From Octopus sinensis (Eukaryota), in contig NC_042998.1 in NCBI RefSeq assembly GCF_006345805.1, positions 19,716,001 to 19,780,000 of the forward strand: 64,000 nucleotides of DNA, in the 5' to 3' direction. The translations under genes and the position numbers were made by a program. Of the stretch, positions 1 through 13,019 are shown piece after piece (the first letter of the stretch is position 1; each line of letters starts with the position of its first letter). The notes below the pieces were generated by a model. The model saw only the letters and a program-made list of their open reading frames with translations, was not told the origin of the DNA and searched no databases.

Positions 1-139
1 TTCCAAAAGTAGCAGGAACGTTGGGACCGGTGTATTGCTGTGCAAAGCCACTATTTCGAAGTTGATGTTCAAACGTAGTTAAATAAATTATTTTTTATTA
101 GACATAACTAGTCAGTGAATCTTTTGAACTTACCTCTTA
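1..139 (+). mobile_element. 3' end of a mariner (Tc1/mariner) element: transposase C-terminus and right TIR
   Basis: Frame 1 reads FQK*QERWDRCIAVQSHYFEVDVQT*, matching the mariner C-terminal WxxRWxxCI...YFE motif; followed by TIR-like ctttgaacttacctct and TA at about 138-139. Confidence 0.85.
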
Positions 140-3100
140 AGTAACATAGTAAAAGGACCACACATAATGCAAGATCGAACAGCAGTTGCTGGAATGTCGT
201 TGATCGTCGTTGTATTCAAGTTAAACATAATCAAAACAATTTGTTTTTACTATTTATGAATCTTATTGTTTAACATCCTAAGTTATAGAAATAACACATC
301 AACAATTGGACAGCAATTAAATCAATAAAAGAGATTAAATTACCTGCGGCACGAAATAAGATGTAGGTGTCAGCCTGATAATAATACTGTTTTAGCTGTT
401 AATAATGACATTCGCCCTAAACATCACATTCTATTCCCACGCTCATGTATTTTATTGACATCATTACAACACTTGGAAAATTGATTTCACTCCATTTTCG
501 CTAATATCTGTTTAAAGACAATATATATAATTATAATCCGAATATAACTATACACTACTCATTCGTTGAATACTTGCTTGTTATATAACTTAATGCGGGC
601 AACTGTGTTCAGTCTTAGTGATGATGTCATAAAACCTGAAATTATTTTTTTTATTTTATATTTGATAACAATACAAGTCAAATATAATATCATAAATACG
701 CATCCTCAGTTAAGATTTTCTTTAAAAATCGATTTCTTAGTAACCAAACGCATCGTGCATATAATATAATTAATACTATAGCTAGCGATTTCCCTCGTGA
801 TATGAATTATATTAAAACTAAATGATTATATAAATTTCATAAATCTGAGACGTCCAATTTTTCGCGGTCGCCAAAATTCCTGGAGAGATATTGAAGTGAA
901 TAACTGAGGTCATCGAATGTGTTGCGTGTATAAATTTTATCCTACATATTGACGGAGTGGAGACATCCCATATGTCTTTGCATTATTAACAATGTGTCTT
1001 TAAGTTTTCCTTTTAAAAGATAGCATGCAATTCTGTAATTGGTAAATTATAACATTCATTTAATTGAATTGAATTTTCGTTTCAATAGACAAAAAAAGCA
1101 TCACAATAACTTTCCCCTGGCGCTTCGTAGCAAATGAAAGTGAGAACCTATTAGAGTACCAACTCGTGAAATGAAAATGCTGTTGGCGCTTGTCCTGCAA
1201 ATAAATGTGTCATGTATTCTCTCAACGTAAATATACATTTTTCTTTTTAGGATTTTGGAAACTATCAAAAAATTTATTATCGATCATAATGTCCGCTTTG
1301 TCAACCAAACAATTTATATTTGTTCCTGCTGTAATAGCCACCATTGTGAGAATTCTTCGTGCCCAGAGCTACATTGTATTCTGTAAAACAGTTTTTGTCT
1401 TCATTGTGAAAGAAACAAGGACATTTCAAAATGGGACTGCTGTCAGTTGTTGTTTATTAGGTTATAAAACTGTTATCTATGTAGAATTCACGCGATAACA
1501 AGTGGCTACTAAATCTGATAACTAATTACTTTTGAACATAACAATGTCGGTACTGACCACAATTTTACGATGGTGCTTTGGATATAAATGGAAATATCGC
1601 TTGTTTTTCAAACATCCAGTTTGCAAAAGATGTCCCTCACCAGGCTTACCGAAAAAATAAAACTGTAAAAATATGTGAAGGTAACTGTGAATGTTTTCTT
1701 ACCATATTGCAACAATTCTACCTGCTTATAAATGATTCTACTGTGTATAAATGAGTACACGATGTTATTACAGGCGGATAAGATAGTCGATATAAGAGCA
1801 GATAAAACCGTTCAATATTCTTTGGATCTTTTGGCATGCATCATTTTGTGAGTGACGTGCACTTCCATTAATCTGGATCCTCTATCACATTTTAATGGTG
1901 ATACTAAGTAATCGGGAAAATATAAAGAGCAACACGCTTCTATTACTGGTTTATATGATATTGTGCACCATGTTTATGTTACAACACTAATACCAACAAT
2001 GAGAACCCATTGAAACAAATTTTCTTATAAATCAAATATCTGTGAAAATTGTAAAAAAAATCGTTAGTGTATATGAATTCGGCAATCATATTTATATTCC
2101 GTTGCAATGTATTTGATGTTGAGCAAAATGAGGTAGCATACAAAGTTATGTGGTATGCGATTAGGCAACAATTCACTGCTAGTATTAATAACATTGATGT
2201 CCTTCAATGCCCAAGAAATTGCTATTTTAGAGATTTGGTGAATATGAAATTTTTGAAACCTGATCGATAAGTAGACACAATACATTTCTGCAAATGTTGC
2301 CATAATGAACATCTTTTCTACTGAGTGCCCCACAATTTAGAGCTTCGACGCCAGTTTTGTCAGAAAATTTTTATAAAGTTTAATAAAAGAGCCTTCCTAC
2401 ATATTAATACAATAACAGGATTCTCAACGTTACTGGATTAAAATACAAGGCAAACAAACTGACAGTAGAGCGGTGCTGTACAGCATGTTTCACGCGATGA
2501 AAGATACAAATGTTTCAATCACTGACCGAGTTACTTCAATTTTCGTATTCTCTTATGCAAACCTCCTTTCAGTGGTACACAAGATTTCTTATTGGTTTAA
2601 AGCTACGTAGAAGAAACAGAGGTTGTTAAGGCAATATTTTCAAGGTGCACGCATTAAGACTTATTTGACAAATTCCATGGCGGAATATAACAACTGGAAA
2701 TTTTAGATATAATTTGCATCAAGGCAAAACTAACAGTAATCTTCGAACTTAGAAATATCGGCATAAGAGTGCCATCGTGGTGTTAGTGTTTCTATAATAT
2801 ATAAACAAATGTAAGAATAATTTTAGTCACATACATTGCGCTCATCGAGTACTTGTTACTATATCAAGTTTCATTGTTGTATACGGTTTATTATGGTAGA
2901 AACTGAAAGTAGTGAATATGTTCAAGTTTGCCACTCCGCATACTTTCTGTTTAAAAATTTTCCAATCTCTAAAAGTCGCTTCAGTGGCTCTCGCATCATT
3001 CCTTTTATTTCTTATTTCTCACTAGCTTCAATTATCAGACCGCGGCCTTATTTGGGTATCTTTAAGAATTTTGGTCCATCTTTGTACTCCTGGGCATTAA

Positions 3101-3227
3101 GATCTGAATTGTAAGAGTTTCACTACGTTGACAACGGAGACTCATCTTATCCTATGCAGATTAAATCCGTTACGACTGGCCGCATATTGAGATGAAATCT
3201 TAATACTGACGCATTAGTATATATATA

Positions 3228-3280
<53 letters not shown>

Positions 3281-3283
<3 letters not shown>

Positions 3284-3591
3284 GAAATGAAGAAAATGCT
3301 GACAAAATAATTTAAGTAAGGGAGAGTGTATTTAATTAGGTGAAAGTTATTTTTACCGGTTGCGCATTTGTTATGCTTATCAAAAGATATTTTGAGTGAG
3401 ATAGAGTTCCTTTCTGATTGATTTTTTCTCTTATCTGATAAGAGAAAAAAATCAATCAGAAAGGAACTCTATCTCATTCAAAATATCTTTTGATAAGCAT
3501 AACAAATGCGCAACGGTAAAAATAACTTTCACCTAATTAAATACACTCTCCCTTACTTAAATTATTTTGTCAGCATTTTCTTCATTTCCTT
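3281..3591. repeat. Near-perfect palindrome, arms about 155 bp, 1-nt loop at 3436, between (AT)n arrays
   Basis: Right arm is the reverse complement of the left with only three differences seen (two 1-nt indels, one substitution). Confidence 0.97.
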
Positions 3592-3630
3592 TTTTTATAT
3601 ATCACAACTCGTGTTCCACATCTTTTTTAA

Positions 3631-3717
<87 letters not shown>

Positions 3718-3724
3718 CACAGGA

Positions 3725-3760
<36 letters not shown>

Positions 3761-3762
<2 letters not shown>

Positions 3763-4180
3763 CACAGGAGTGGCTGTGTGGTAAGTAGCTTGCTTACTGA
3801 CCACATGGTCCCAGGTTCAGTCCAACTGCATGGCACCTAGGTAAGTGTCTGCTACTATAGCCTCGGGCCGACCAAAGTCTTGTGAATGAATTTGGTAGAT
3901 GGAAACTGGTAGAAGCCCGTCGTATATGTATATGTATGCGTGTATATGTTTATGTGTCTGTGTTTGTCCCCCAACATCCCTTGACAAACGATGCTGGTGT
4001 TTTTACGTTCCCGTAACTTAGCGGTTCGGCAAAAGAACTGATAGAGTAAGTACTAGGCTTACAAAGAATAAGCCTAGTACTTATTCTACAAGAATAGGAT
4101 CGATTTGCTCGACTAAAAGCGGTGCACCAGCTTGGCCGCAGTCAAAATGACTGAAACTAGTAAAAGAGTAAAAAAAGAGT
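3761..4180 (+). mobile_element. SINE family A (tRNA head, CORE-like segment, internal TA/TG tract; OR-type octopus SINE), full length
   Basis: Head ggcacaggagtggctgtgtggtaag with B-box-like ggttcagtcc, CORE-like ggcacc..ggcaagtgtct, 3' end ggtgcaccagc..ggccgcagtcaaaatgactgaaac and gtaaaaga tail; about 10 copies in the window. Confidence 0.9.
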
Positions 4181-4208
4181 ATATACATACATACATACAT
4201 ACATACAC

Positions 4209-4251
<43 letters not shown>

Positions 4252-4595
4252 ATATATATATATATATATTATATATATATATCATCACAATCAAGGAATG
4301 GCCATAATAGGCCATTCACCCACTAGAAATAACAGCCAAAGCTTCAACCGCAAAATAACATTAATTCCGCAAACCAGGAGAAAATTAAAAAAACATTTAC
4401 CCTGTAATTTCTTATACGATGCACCGTTTCATCTATTGTTTAATGGTAAACTAACCTGATTAAATTAAATCAAGTCAATCTTCCATAGGCCGATAGATTC
4501 GTCAGTAAGAAACAGCCAAGATCCGAGCAGATATTATCACGAGGCACTCTGTCCCTGCCTCGGCAATATCTGACCTAAAATTTTCAAATCATCGC

Positions 4596-4755
4596 ACTCT
4601 TTTATTCTTTTATTTGTTTTAGTCACCTGACTGATGGAGCACCGCCTTTAGTCGAACAAAGTGACCGAGGACATACTTTGTAAGGTAGTACTTATTCTAT
4701 CGGTCACTTATAACGAACCGCTAACCAGCGTCGGTTGTCAAGCGATGCTGGGGAG

Positions 4756-4806
<51 letters not shown>

Positions 4807-4855
4807 GGGTTTCTTTCAGTCTTCCTCTACCAAATTCACTCACAAGGGCCGAGGG
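4596..4855 (-). mobile_element. SINE family A, 3' part
   Basis: Reverse-complement similarity to 3870-4180 with an internal (CA)n tract. Confidence 0.8.
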
Positions 4856-4939
4856 TATTTATTTATTATTTTTTATGCTTTATTTTTAATTTTTTTCTAT
4901 ATTCTGTTTTTGTTCCCTTATTTCTATCCCTCTCTGGCA

Positions 4940-6305
4940 CACACACACACTAATACTAAGAGCTTCAGCCCCACCACATTATATACAGTGGCATGCCGCA
5001 CACACCCGCACACACAAACAAACAGACACACACACATAACACACACATACGCACCAACATACATACCTACACGTATATACACACATGCCTATATACATAT
5101 ACACACACATATACACTCCCACACAGATACACACCCACATAGACACCTCATCACACACATACGCAAATATTTACACTCAGACACTGACACGTACACACAC
5201 ATAGTCACATGCACGCACACATATTCATGTATTCACACACCCACACATGCCCTTCTCCGCACTCAGACATACAAACACACTTATACGCGCACTCACACAT
5301 ACAAATATATACACAGCCCACACATGACCACGCATACACTCACGCATACAGCGCCCCCTCACACACACTCATACGCATGTTTATATACACAGGCATTCAC
5401 ACACACACACTTGGCATTTCGCCCCCTCAAATCCCGTCACAGCACCACATACACACGCACCGCACACACATTCATACGTACACACACATATACGTCCACG
5501 TACACAACACACAACCACAACACACACGCACACACGCACAACACACACACACACATACACATATATTTCTTTACTGCCCACAAGGGACTAAACATAGAGG
5601 GGACAAACAAGGACAGAGAAAGGGATTAAGTCGATTACATCGACCCAGTGCGAAACTAGTACTTTATTTATCGAACCCGAGAGGATGAAAGGCAAAGTCG
5701 ACCTCGGCGGAATTTAAACTCAGAACGTAACGACAGACGAAATGCCGCTAAGTATTTCGCCCGGCGCTCTAACGATTCTGCCAGCTGACACGACTTCACG
5801 CACAATCATACGCCCATATATACACATACATACTCACGCGCACACCAACACACACATACATATATATATTATATCGACACACACGCACTAATATGCACAT
5901 AGACACACTCATATATTCCCACTCCGTCCTACGCACATATGCTATCACATGTATACACACGCACAGCCACAGCCTCCCACTCACATATCGGTCACCTTCT
6001 TCGACAGATTCAAACACCAGCCACTGATCTGCTCGGTGACTGAAACGAATAAAAACACACACGCACGCTGATACTACTACACACACACACACATATTCTA
6101 CTCACACAAACACGAACATGCAGCAGCAGAGATACTAACACACGAACACACACACACACATATACTACCCACACAAACACGCACTTACACACTAATCACA
6201 CAAACACACACGGACACTGATACTGTCACAAACACACATACTACTCAAAGACATACACACGCCCACATATACTACCACATGCGCATGCACAAACTACCAC
6301 ACAAA
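4940..6305. repeat. Degenerate CA-rich low-complexity tracts (about 4940-5560 and 5800-6305)
   Basis: Imperfect (CA)n/(CATA)n; explains the His/Thr-rich 322-aa ORF. Confidence 0.85.
5564..5786 (-). mobile_element. SINE family B (tRNA head plus central domain resembling Meta/Sauria SINEs)
   Basis: Minus strand gagtttaaattccgccgaggtcgactttgcctttcatcctcgggttcgataaataaagtactag, ending aaagaaata. Confidence 0.9.
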
Positions 6306-6309
6306 TACT

Positions 6310-6537
6310 TATTTCTTTATTGCCCACAGGGGGATAAACATAGAGTGGGTTAAACAAAGACAGGCAAAGGGATTAAGTCAATTACATCGGACCAGTGCGT
6401 AAGTGGTACTTAATTTATCGACCCCGAATGGATGAAAGGCAAAGTCGACCTCGGCGGAATTTGAACTCAGAACGTATAGAGAGATGAAAGACCGCTAGGC
6501 ATTTCGCCCGGCATACTAACGTTTCTGCCAGCTCGCC
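6310..6537 (-). mobile_element. SINE family B, full length
   Basis: ggcgagctggcag head through aataaagaaata tail on the minus strand. Confidence 0.9.
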
Positions 6538-6659
6538 TATACATACTGACCATCTTTTCACTCTCTTTTCTCAAGAACCTACTTTTGCCATCTCTTTCTA
6601 CTTCCAGTCACGATCCATCGACATTGTACATAATACTTTCTAAGTGTAGCACTTAAGGA

Positions 6660-7216
6660 CTAGAGTGTTGTGTCCTTTAGCAAGACCTTTTATTTATCTT
6701 TTCTCTAGTCCACTCACCTGGCAAAAATGAGTGCTACCGGATTTCAAAGGGCCTAACTTGTTACACTCCATGTCGTGCTTAATATCCCTAAGGACTACGT
6801 TAATGGTACGCGTGTCTGTAGTGAAGGCACATGACCTAGTGGTTAGAGCAGCAGACTTGCGGTCGAGGGATCACGGGTTCGAATCTACGACCGTGTGATG
6901 TGTGTGTTCATGAGCAAAACATCTAAGCTCCACGCGGCTCCGGCAGAAGGTAGTGGCAAACTTCTGCTGACTCTTTCGCTACAACTTTCTCCCACTCTCT
7001 CCTCCTGCATCTTGCAGCTCATCTGCAACGGACCGGCGTCCCGTTCCTGTGGGGAACCTATACGCCAAGGAAACCGGGAAACCGGCCTTTATGAGCCAAG
7101 CGTGACTCCAGAAGGAACAAACAACGCGTGTATGTAGAATACTCAGCCACTTGCACAAGCAAGCTGTTCGGTTGATTGGATCGGCTGTGACCTCATCATT
7201 GTAACCAACAGAGTGT
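6660..7216 (+). mobile_element. Older SINE with a second SINE nested inside it (about 6824-7123)
   Basis: Host tail is split; insert is flanked by acgcgtgtctgtag (6808-6821) and acgcgtgtatgtag (7124-7137); insert has A box tagtggttagagc and B box ggttcgaatc. Confidence 0.8.
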
Positions 7217-7685
7217 CGTAATCGTTAGGCAAACTTATATAAATATTTTTGTCTCGAAACAGAGAAAGAAATTAATATTTAACAATCTATAATTAGTCTT
7301 TAAAACAAATATTTAGATTTCTAAATATGAAATATATCGAGGCATTCTGTACAAAATTAACACCTTGAGGAGATTAAAACATAAGAAAATATATCTTCAT
7401 TTTGGAACGAATTGTAATGACTACCATTTACAATATAGTTATACGATTTTAGCATTAATAATTCACTAAGTGTGCAGCGCTTTACAGCTAACTAGCCCAA
7501 TAAATATGAGGTATTTCTTAAATATCTCCTTAATTGAAGTCGTAAGCATATGCAAAATAGCATCTGTCTTTATTGCTTTCTGTCTGCTTCACGAATAGTA
7601 TGTTGTTCAGTATACGTGTGATCGAACGTATATGCACACACAAAGACACAGATATTTATATTGAAACGGATACACATACATACAA

Positions 7686-8022
7686 ATATGTGTATATGTG
7701 TATATCCGGGCGTTGTGAGTGTTTGTTGAGCTAAAACACCTAAAAGTTCCACGAGGCTCTGGCAGGGGATGGTGGTGATCACTGCTGTACTCTTTCACCA
7801 CAACTTTCTCTCACTCTTACTTCCTGTTTCTGTTGTACCTGTATTTCAAAGGGCCGGTCTTGTCACTCTCTGTGTCACGCTGAATATCCCCGAGAACTAC
7901 TACGTTAAGGGTACACGTGTCTGTGGAGTGCTCAGCCACTTACACGTTAATTTCACGAGCAGGCTGTCCCGTTGATTCGGATCAACCGGAACCCTCGTCG
8001 TCGTGACCGACGGAGTGCTTCC
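7686..8022 (+). mobile_element. SINE family C, 5'-truncated
   Basis: Shares body with 20221-20519 and 25050-25330 and tail with 13020-13322. Confidence 0.85.
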
Positions 8023-8104
8023 ATCCATATGTGAATATCTATATAGGTGAGTGTGAGTGAATGTAAATGTAACCACAAGTGGACTGTTGGTGATTTTCCT
8101 TTTT

Positions 8105-8312
8105 CCTTCTTCTCAGAACTTTTTCCTTTCCTCCTTTCCGACGAAGAGCCATGCTCGAAACGTTACAAACTCTCTCCTTTCACCGAGCGTCAAACTCATA
8201 TAATTCTTGTGCACTTCCTCACGTTTGTTTTTTCTTTCTCCTTTGTTTCACTTTTCATTTTTTTCTCTCTACATTTTTTATTCGTTCTTTCAAATCTTTT
8301 CTTCGTTGAATT
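8105..8312 (+). mobile_element. Penelope-like terminal repeat with degenerate hammerhead motif (8138-8170)
   Basis: CCGACGA-a-GAGC-cat-GCTC-GAAACGTT, then a T-rich tail into (AT)n; related to 13345, 31330 and 59370 copies. Confidence 0.65.
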
Positions 8313-8381
<69 letters not shown>

Positions 8382-8506
8382 ATATGTACATATGTAAATA
8401 TATATATGTACATATGTATATATATATACACATACACATACACACACAAATACACACACATGCACACACACACAAATACACACACATACATACATGCATA
8501 TATATA

Positions 8507-8537
<31 letters not shown>

Positions 8538-8595
8538 AATTAGAGAAGAACAACCACGAAGCAATTCAATGATATACATAAATCATACCACATCG

Positions 8596-8734
8596 AAAAA
8601 AATTAAAGATACGATAAAACATTTAACTAGAACTAAATAAATTCCAAAAAATAATAAATAGTATATAATTAGAATTTATTATTTGGTACTTTATTTAGTT
8701 ATAGGTAAGTGTTTTATCGTATCTTTAATTTTTT
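8596..8734. mobile_element. MITE-like AT-rich inverted repeat, about 140 bp
   Basis: aaaattaaagatacgataaaacatt ... gtgttttatcgtatctttaattttt. Confidence 0.6.
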
Positions 8735-9008
8735 CTATAAGGTTTGATTTAAGTATAACTTTGTTGAATTGCTTCGTGGTGCTTCTCTAATGTATATACA
8801 CGTCTTATATATTGTGAAATTTGATTTAGTATTTCTAAATTGAATTTTTCCCTGTAAGTTTGGAATCATATTCCCTAATATTTTATTATTACTATACACA
8901 CTCACACACACACACACACACACACACACATAAGAAATATTGCATTTCTAAATCTCTCAGAGAGAGTTATGCAGTAGCAGCACAATAAAGTGATAGTATA
9001 TTGACAAC

Positions 9009-9208
9009 TTAATGTGGCAGTCCCAGGAAATGGAAGAATGCTACTGCTATTTAGCCACAAAATGCTGGCTTTGTTTGTTGGAGATGCATATCTCCTCTTT
9101 TTGAAAAATAAAGACACAGAACGCTTGTGTCACGTAGCCAACTAGAAACGGTGTTTCTTGGGCTAAATAGCAGTAGCTTTCTTCCCTTTACAGGGACTGC
9201 TACCTTAA
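9009..9208. mobile_element. TTAA-flanked MITE, possibly Kolobok-type
   Basis: ttaa at 9009-9012 and 9205-9208; about 45-bp imperfect TIRs (tgtggcagtccc..ctactgctatttagcc / ggctaaatagcagtag..gggactgctacc). Confidence 0.65.
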
Positions 9209-10256
9209 GTAGGCAACGAACCATCACTTTATATATATATATATTAACTGTGTAATCTGTTTATTAACCATACAGTTTTACATAGAGGGGACACTACAAC
9301 ACATTGGGGACACAAAACATCAAACAAAATATCAGATGAGATGAAATATCAGGGTGAAAATGAGAGATGAACGTGACGTCAACTGCCCCATCAGTCAACA
9401 TCACTTACTTGTCCGTTTTTTTCCTATTTTACCGCGAAAACCAAAGTCCCAAGAAGTTATTTTTAGGTTTTAATGACATTTGCAAGAGAATTGCGTCATA
9501 AGGCTTAGAGTATCATCATCATTCTATTTTGACGTCATACATTTGTATAAACCGCCTTGATCATTGGTTATTTATCAGATTTGGAGACGGTATCGTAAGA
9601 AACCATCTTATCCAGCAGACTATACGATCATATGAAAAACAGGAAGAAAAAGATGCTATGCCGCATGTTAAAAAGTGGTGAAGAAATTAATTGAAAGTTT
9701 TCGCTTTCACATACACAATTATATTTGAAAGGAATAATCCCAAATTTATTATTAATGATATTTTAAGGAAATACGATGTTACTAAACCAAGAAGTAATTG
9801 GTTCGTGATCTTCGTATTTCTTTTCAATGCTTTCATTTCCCCTCTACTACAAATGCAAATCGTAAACAGTCCACGCAGTAGGACCATGGTTATCGTATCG
9901 ATTATGATAATTCTTCTTTAGTAACATGGCATACGTTTAAATATTTTGTTTACTTTTACATAGAAGAGAGAAATAATATTCCCCAGCTCTATCAAACGCT
10001 CGAAGCTAACAGTCTTTTTGAAAATACATAACACATTTTAACAGCTGATTACGAACTGTACTTGGAGTTACGAAGGATATGTGTAAACAGTTGAAATATA
10101 TTCTTGCTTTGCTTCTTCTTCCTCTTCTTCTTTTCCATCCAGAAGCCTTTCAGTGAACAATATTTTCAATGTATACTGGTTATTATTTCTCTATCATATC
10201 GAAGACAGTCGAACGCATTAACTGAATGTCTTCGTGTTTGCGATCTTTATTAAATA

Positions 10257-10653
10257 CTAGCAGTATCGCCCGGCGTTGCTCGGGTTTGTAAGGGAAATAA
10301 CTATATAAGCATTTTTAGAGATGTAAAGTATAATAGGCATCTCAATATGGCTAACCACAAAGGAGGGGGGTGTTACTGTAGCTTTTTACGTTCTGAGATT
10401 TAATAATACATTTTTAGAGAGTTACGTCCATTATATAATAGCAAAAAATGCATTAAAAATGGGGAAAAATGATAGTAAATGTTTTTTTAAATCGTAGACT
10501 CATCGTAGACGCGCGCTAATACCCAGACGGGCTCAATATGAATCACGACTATAAAATACCTGCTTTTGGTTATACTGCACCACAAAATGTGGTAGTAGTT
10601 AGGAATCTAAATCGTAGGAGACAGACACACAACTTCACTTTTATATATAAAGA
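10257..10653 (-). mobile_element. Non-autonomous Helitron
   Basis: Minus strand starts TC, ends with hairpin cccg-agcaacgc-cggg then CTAG, inserted between A and T; close copy at 24593-24992. Confidence 0.9.
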
Positions 10654-10994
10654 TATCACTTTAGCCGTGTGTAGGCTATCCGAGTTTAGAATGACCTGTG
10701 TTATCATATTTAATGCTACTGCTAAGAAATATATTATTGTAATCATTGTTTCCGTACCGAACCCAATCTTCAAGTTACGTCTATAAATTAATGCTTTTTA
10801 TTATTTATTTCAACTTGTGTTGTGAATTTCGGAGGAATATTTGCATTATTTTCCACGTATTATGCAATCGGGAAAAGTAGCTCGTGTATCACTTCGAAGG
10901 ATTTGTACTCAATTTGGAAATGCATTAGCTGAGCCCTATGGAACTTGTACAAACTTGATGGGGGTTTTTGTACATGATACTGATGACACATATG

Positions 10995-11330
10995 AAAGCG
11001 CATGGCTCAGTGGTTAGAGCGCCGAGCTTAAGATCGCGAGGTTGTGAGTTCGAATCCTGGACCGGGCTACGTGTTGTGTTCTTGATCAAGGGCACTTTAT
11101 TTTACGTTGTTCCAGTTTACTCAGCTGTAGAAATGAGTTGTGACATAAAGTGGTGCCAAGCAGTATCGACCCGTTTGCCTTTCCCTTGGATAACACTGGT
11201 AGTGTGGAGAGGGGAGGCCGGTATGCATGGGCGACTGCTGGCCTTCCATAAACAACCTTGCCCGGACTTGTGCCTGGGAGAGTAACTTTCTAGTTCCCAT
11301 GGTCAGTCATGACCGAAGTGGGTCTCAGCT
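10995..11330 (+). mobile_element. tRNA/CORE-type SINE (family D)
   Basis: A box tggctcagtggttagagc, B box gagttcgaatcc, CORE-like ttgtgttcttgatcaagggcactt. Confidence 0.8.
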
Positions 11331-12253
11331 ACTGATGGCACCGACAATGTGATTTCAGTGCAGATGCCGTAGTTCATAACTTTTATTACCGGAACTCCTA
11401 CTTCTTTAAGCTGGGAAGTATTGCATTTGTCTCTCTCCTCCAAGTATTGGCTAAGGATTTGTTCCAAATTTCTAACATCATATCAATTGAAACGTCTAAT
11501 TTCTTCAGACGTGTGATCATGTCCACGAAGTTACCTGATCAACCATTACCTGTTGGCATAGCCGGGATATAGCTTTTCCATATTTATTTGTGGTGGGGTT
11601 TTGCTGATCTAGCGTTGCTGTAGGTGTATATCTCCTTCCTATCTTCAGAGTACACCTGCGTTTGGCAGCAGAAGTTGTTGTGGGTCATTATTTTATTGAG
11701 AAACATTTAAGAGTAAAACGATTGTACCTCAAATATCCTTTCGTCGTACACTACCAAAGAAACAAAATATGAAAAGTGAACTCTGAAGAAGCTACACGAA
11801 TATTAATATTGTAGGATGAGATCGCGGTTGCCTGATGATGACAGCTTGAAGTACAAGGTTAAGGAGATATGGTAAAAGCATGATTTCACGAATCGTAAGA
11901 TACAAATTATTTCTAGCTTCTTTTTTTATACATAGAAATTATTATACAATTACAAGTATTTCAATGTAAATTTGATCTAGATACTAAAATTTGTCCCTCT
12001 TTGTAGGTAACATTTCAGAAAACCATTACTGAAAATTGATATAGAAATCTCTTTAATGCTGATGTTTGTTCATAAGCTTTTACTTTTGCCAGAAATTAGT
12101 TTCATATATTGATAATTATTTGAACATATTTCTAAGCATTTACACGAATAAATTGCAATTCATCTAAATTTAAATTGCATATATGACAGGACTCCTTTAT
12201 CGCGAATTACACTCCTACATGCATGCTTATACATAGATACATACATTCATACG

Positions 12254-12300
<47 letters not shown>

Positions 12301-12368
12301 TTAATTAATAAGGGTGAGAGAATTAGATACTAATTTAATAGTATATCTATTCAACACCATATATATAT

Positions 12369-12443
<75 letters not shown>

Positions 12444-12467
12444 TGAATTTAAGTACCAACATATTTA

Positions 12468-12647
12468 GGCACAGGTGTGCGTGTGTGGTAAGTAGCTTGC
12501 TTACCAACCACATGGTTCTGGGTTCAGGCTCACAGCGTGGAAACTTGGGCAAATGTCTTCTACTATAGCCTCGAGCCGGCCAAAGATTTGTGAGTGGATT
12601 TCGCAGACGGAAACTGAAAGAAGCCTGTAGTGTACACATACATACAT

Positions 12648-12731
<84 letters not shown>

Positions 12732-12935
12732 GTTTCTTGTGTGTCTGTCTCCAGCCATCGCTTGACAACCGATGTTGGTGTGTGTACGCCCCCATAACTT
12801 AGCGGTTCGGCAAAGTTGTCCGATAGAATAAGTACTAGGCTTATAAAGAATAAGTCCTGAGTTCGATTTCTTCGAATAAAAGGCGCTGCTCCAACACGGC
12901 TGCAGTCAAATGACTAAAACAACGAAAAGAATAAA
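12468..12935 (+). mobile_element. SINE family A, full length
   Basis: Similar to 3761-4180; expanded internal (CA)n(TA)n. Confidence 0.9.
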
Positions 12936-13019
12936 TGAATATATATATGTGTGTGTGAGTATGTGTGTGTGTGTGTGTGTGCGTGTGTGTGTGAGTGTGT
13001 GTGTATGTGTGTGTGTGTG

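Noticed and set aside
3400-3480. Hammerhead at the centre of the 3281-3591 palindrome (ctgataa..gaaagg)
   Set aside because: Core is non-canonical and no convincing stem II or III; apparent pairing comes from the palindrome itself
4661-5629. 322-aa His/Thr-rich ORF, the longest in the track
   Set aside because: Translation of CA-rich low-complexity DNA plus two SINE fragments; no stop codons arise in (CA)n
6824-6900. tRNA genes at SINE heads (also 10995, 20450-20519, 25050)
   Set aside because: A and B boxes are present but run into SINE bodies with no complete cloverleaf
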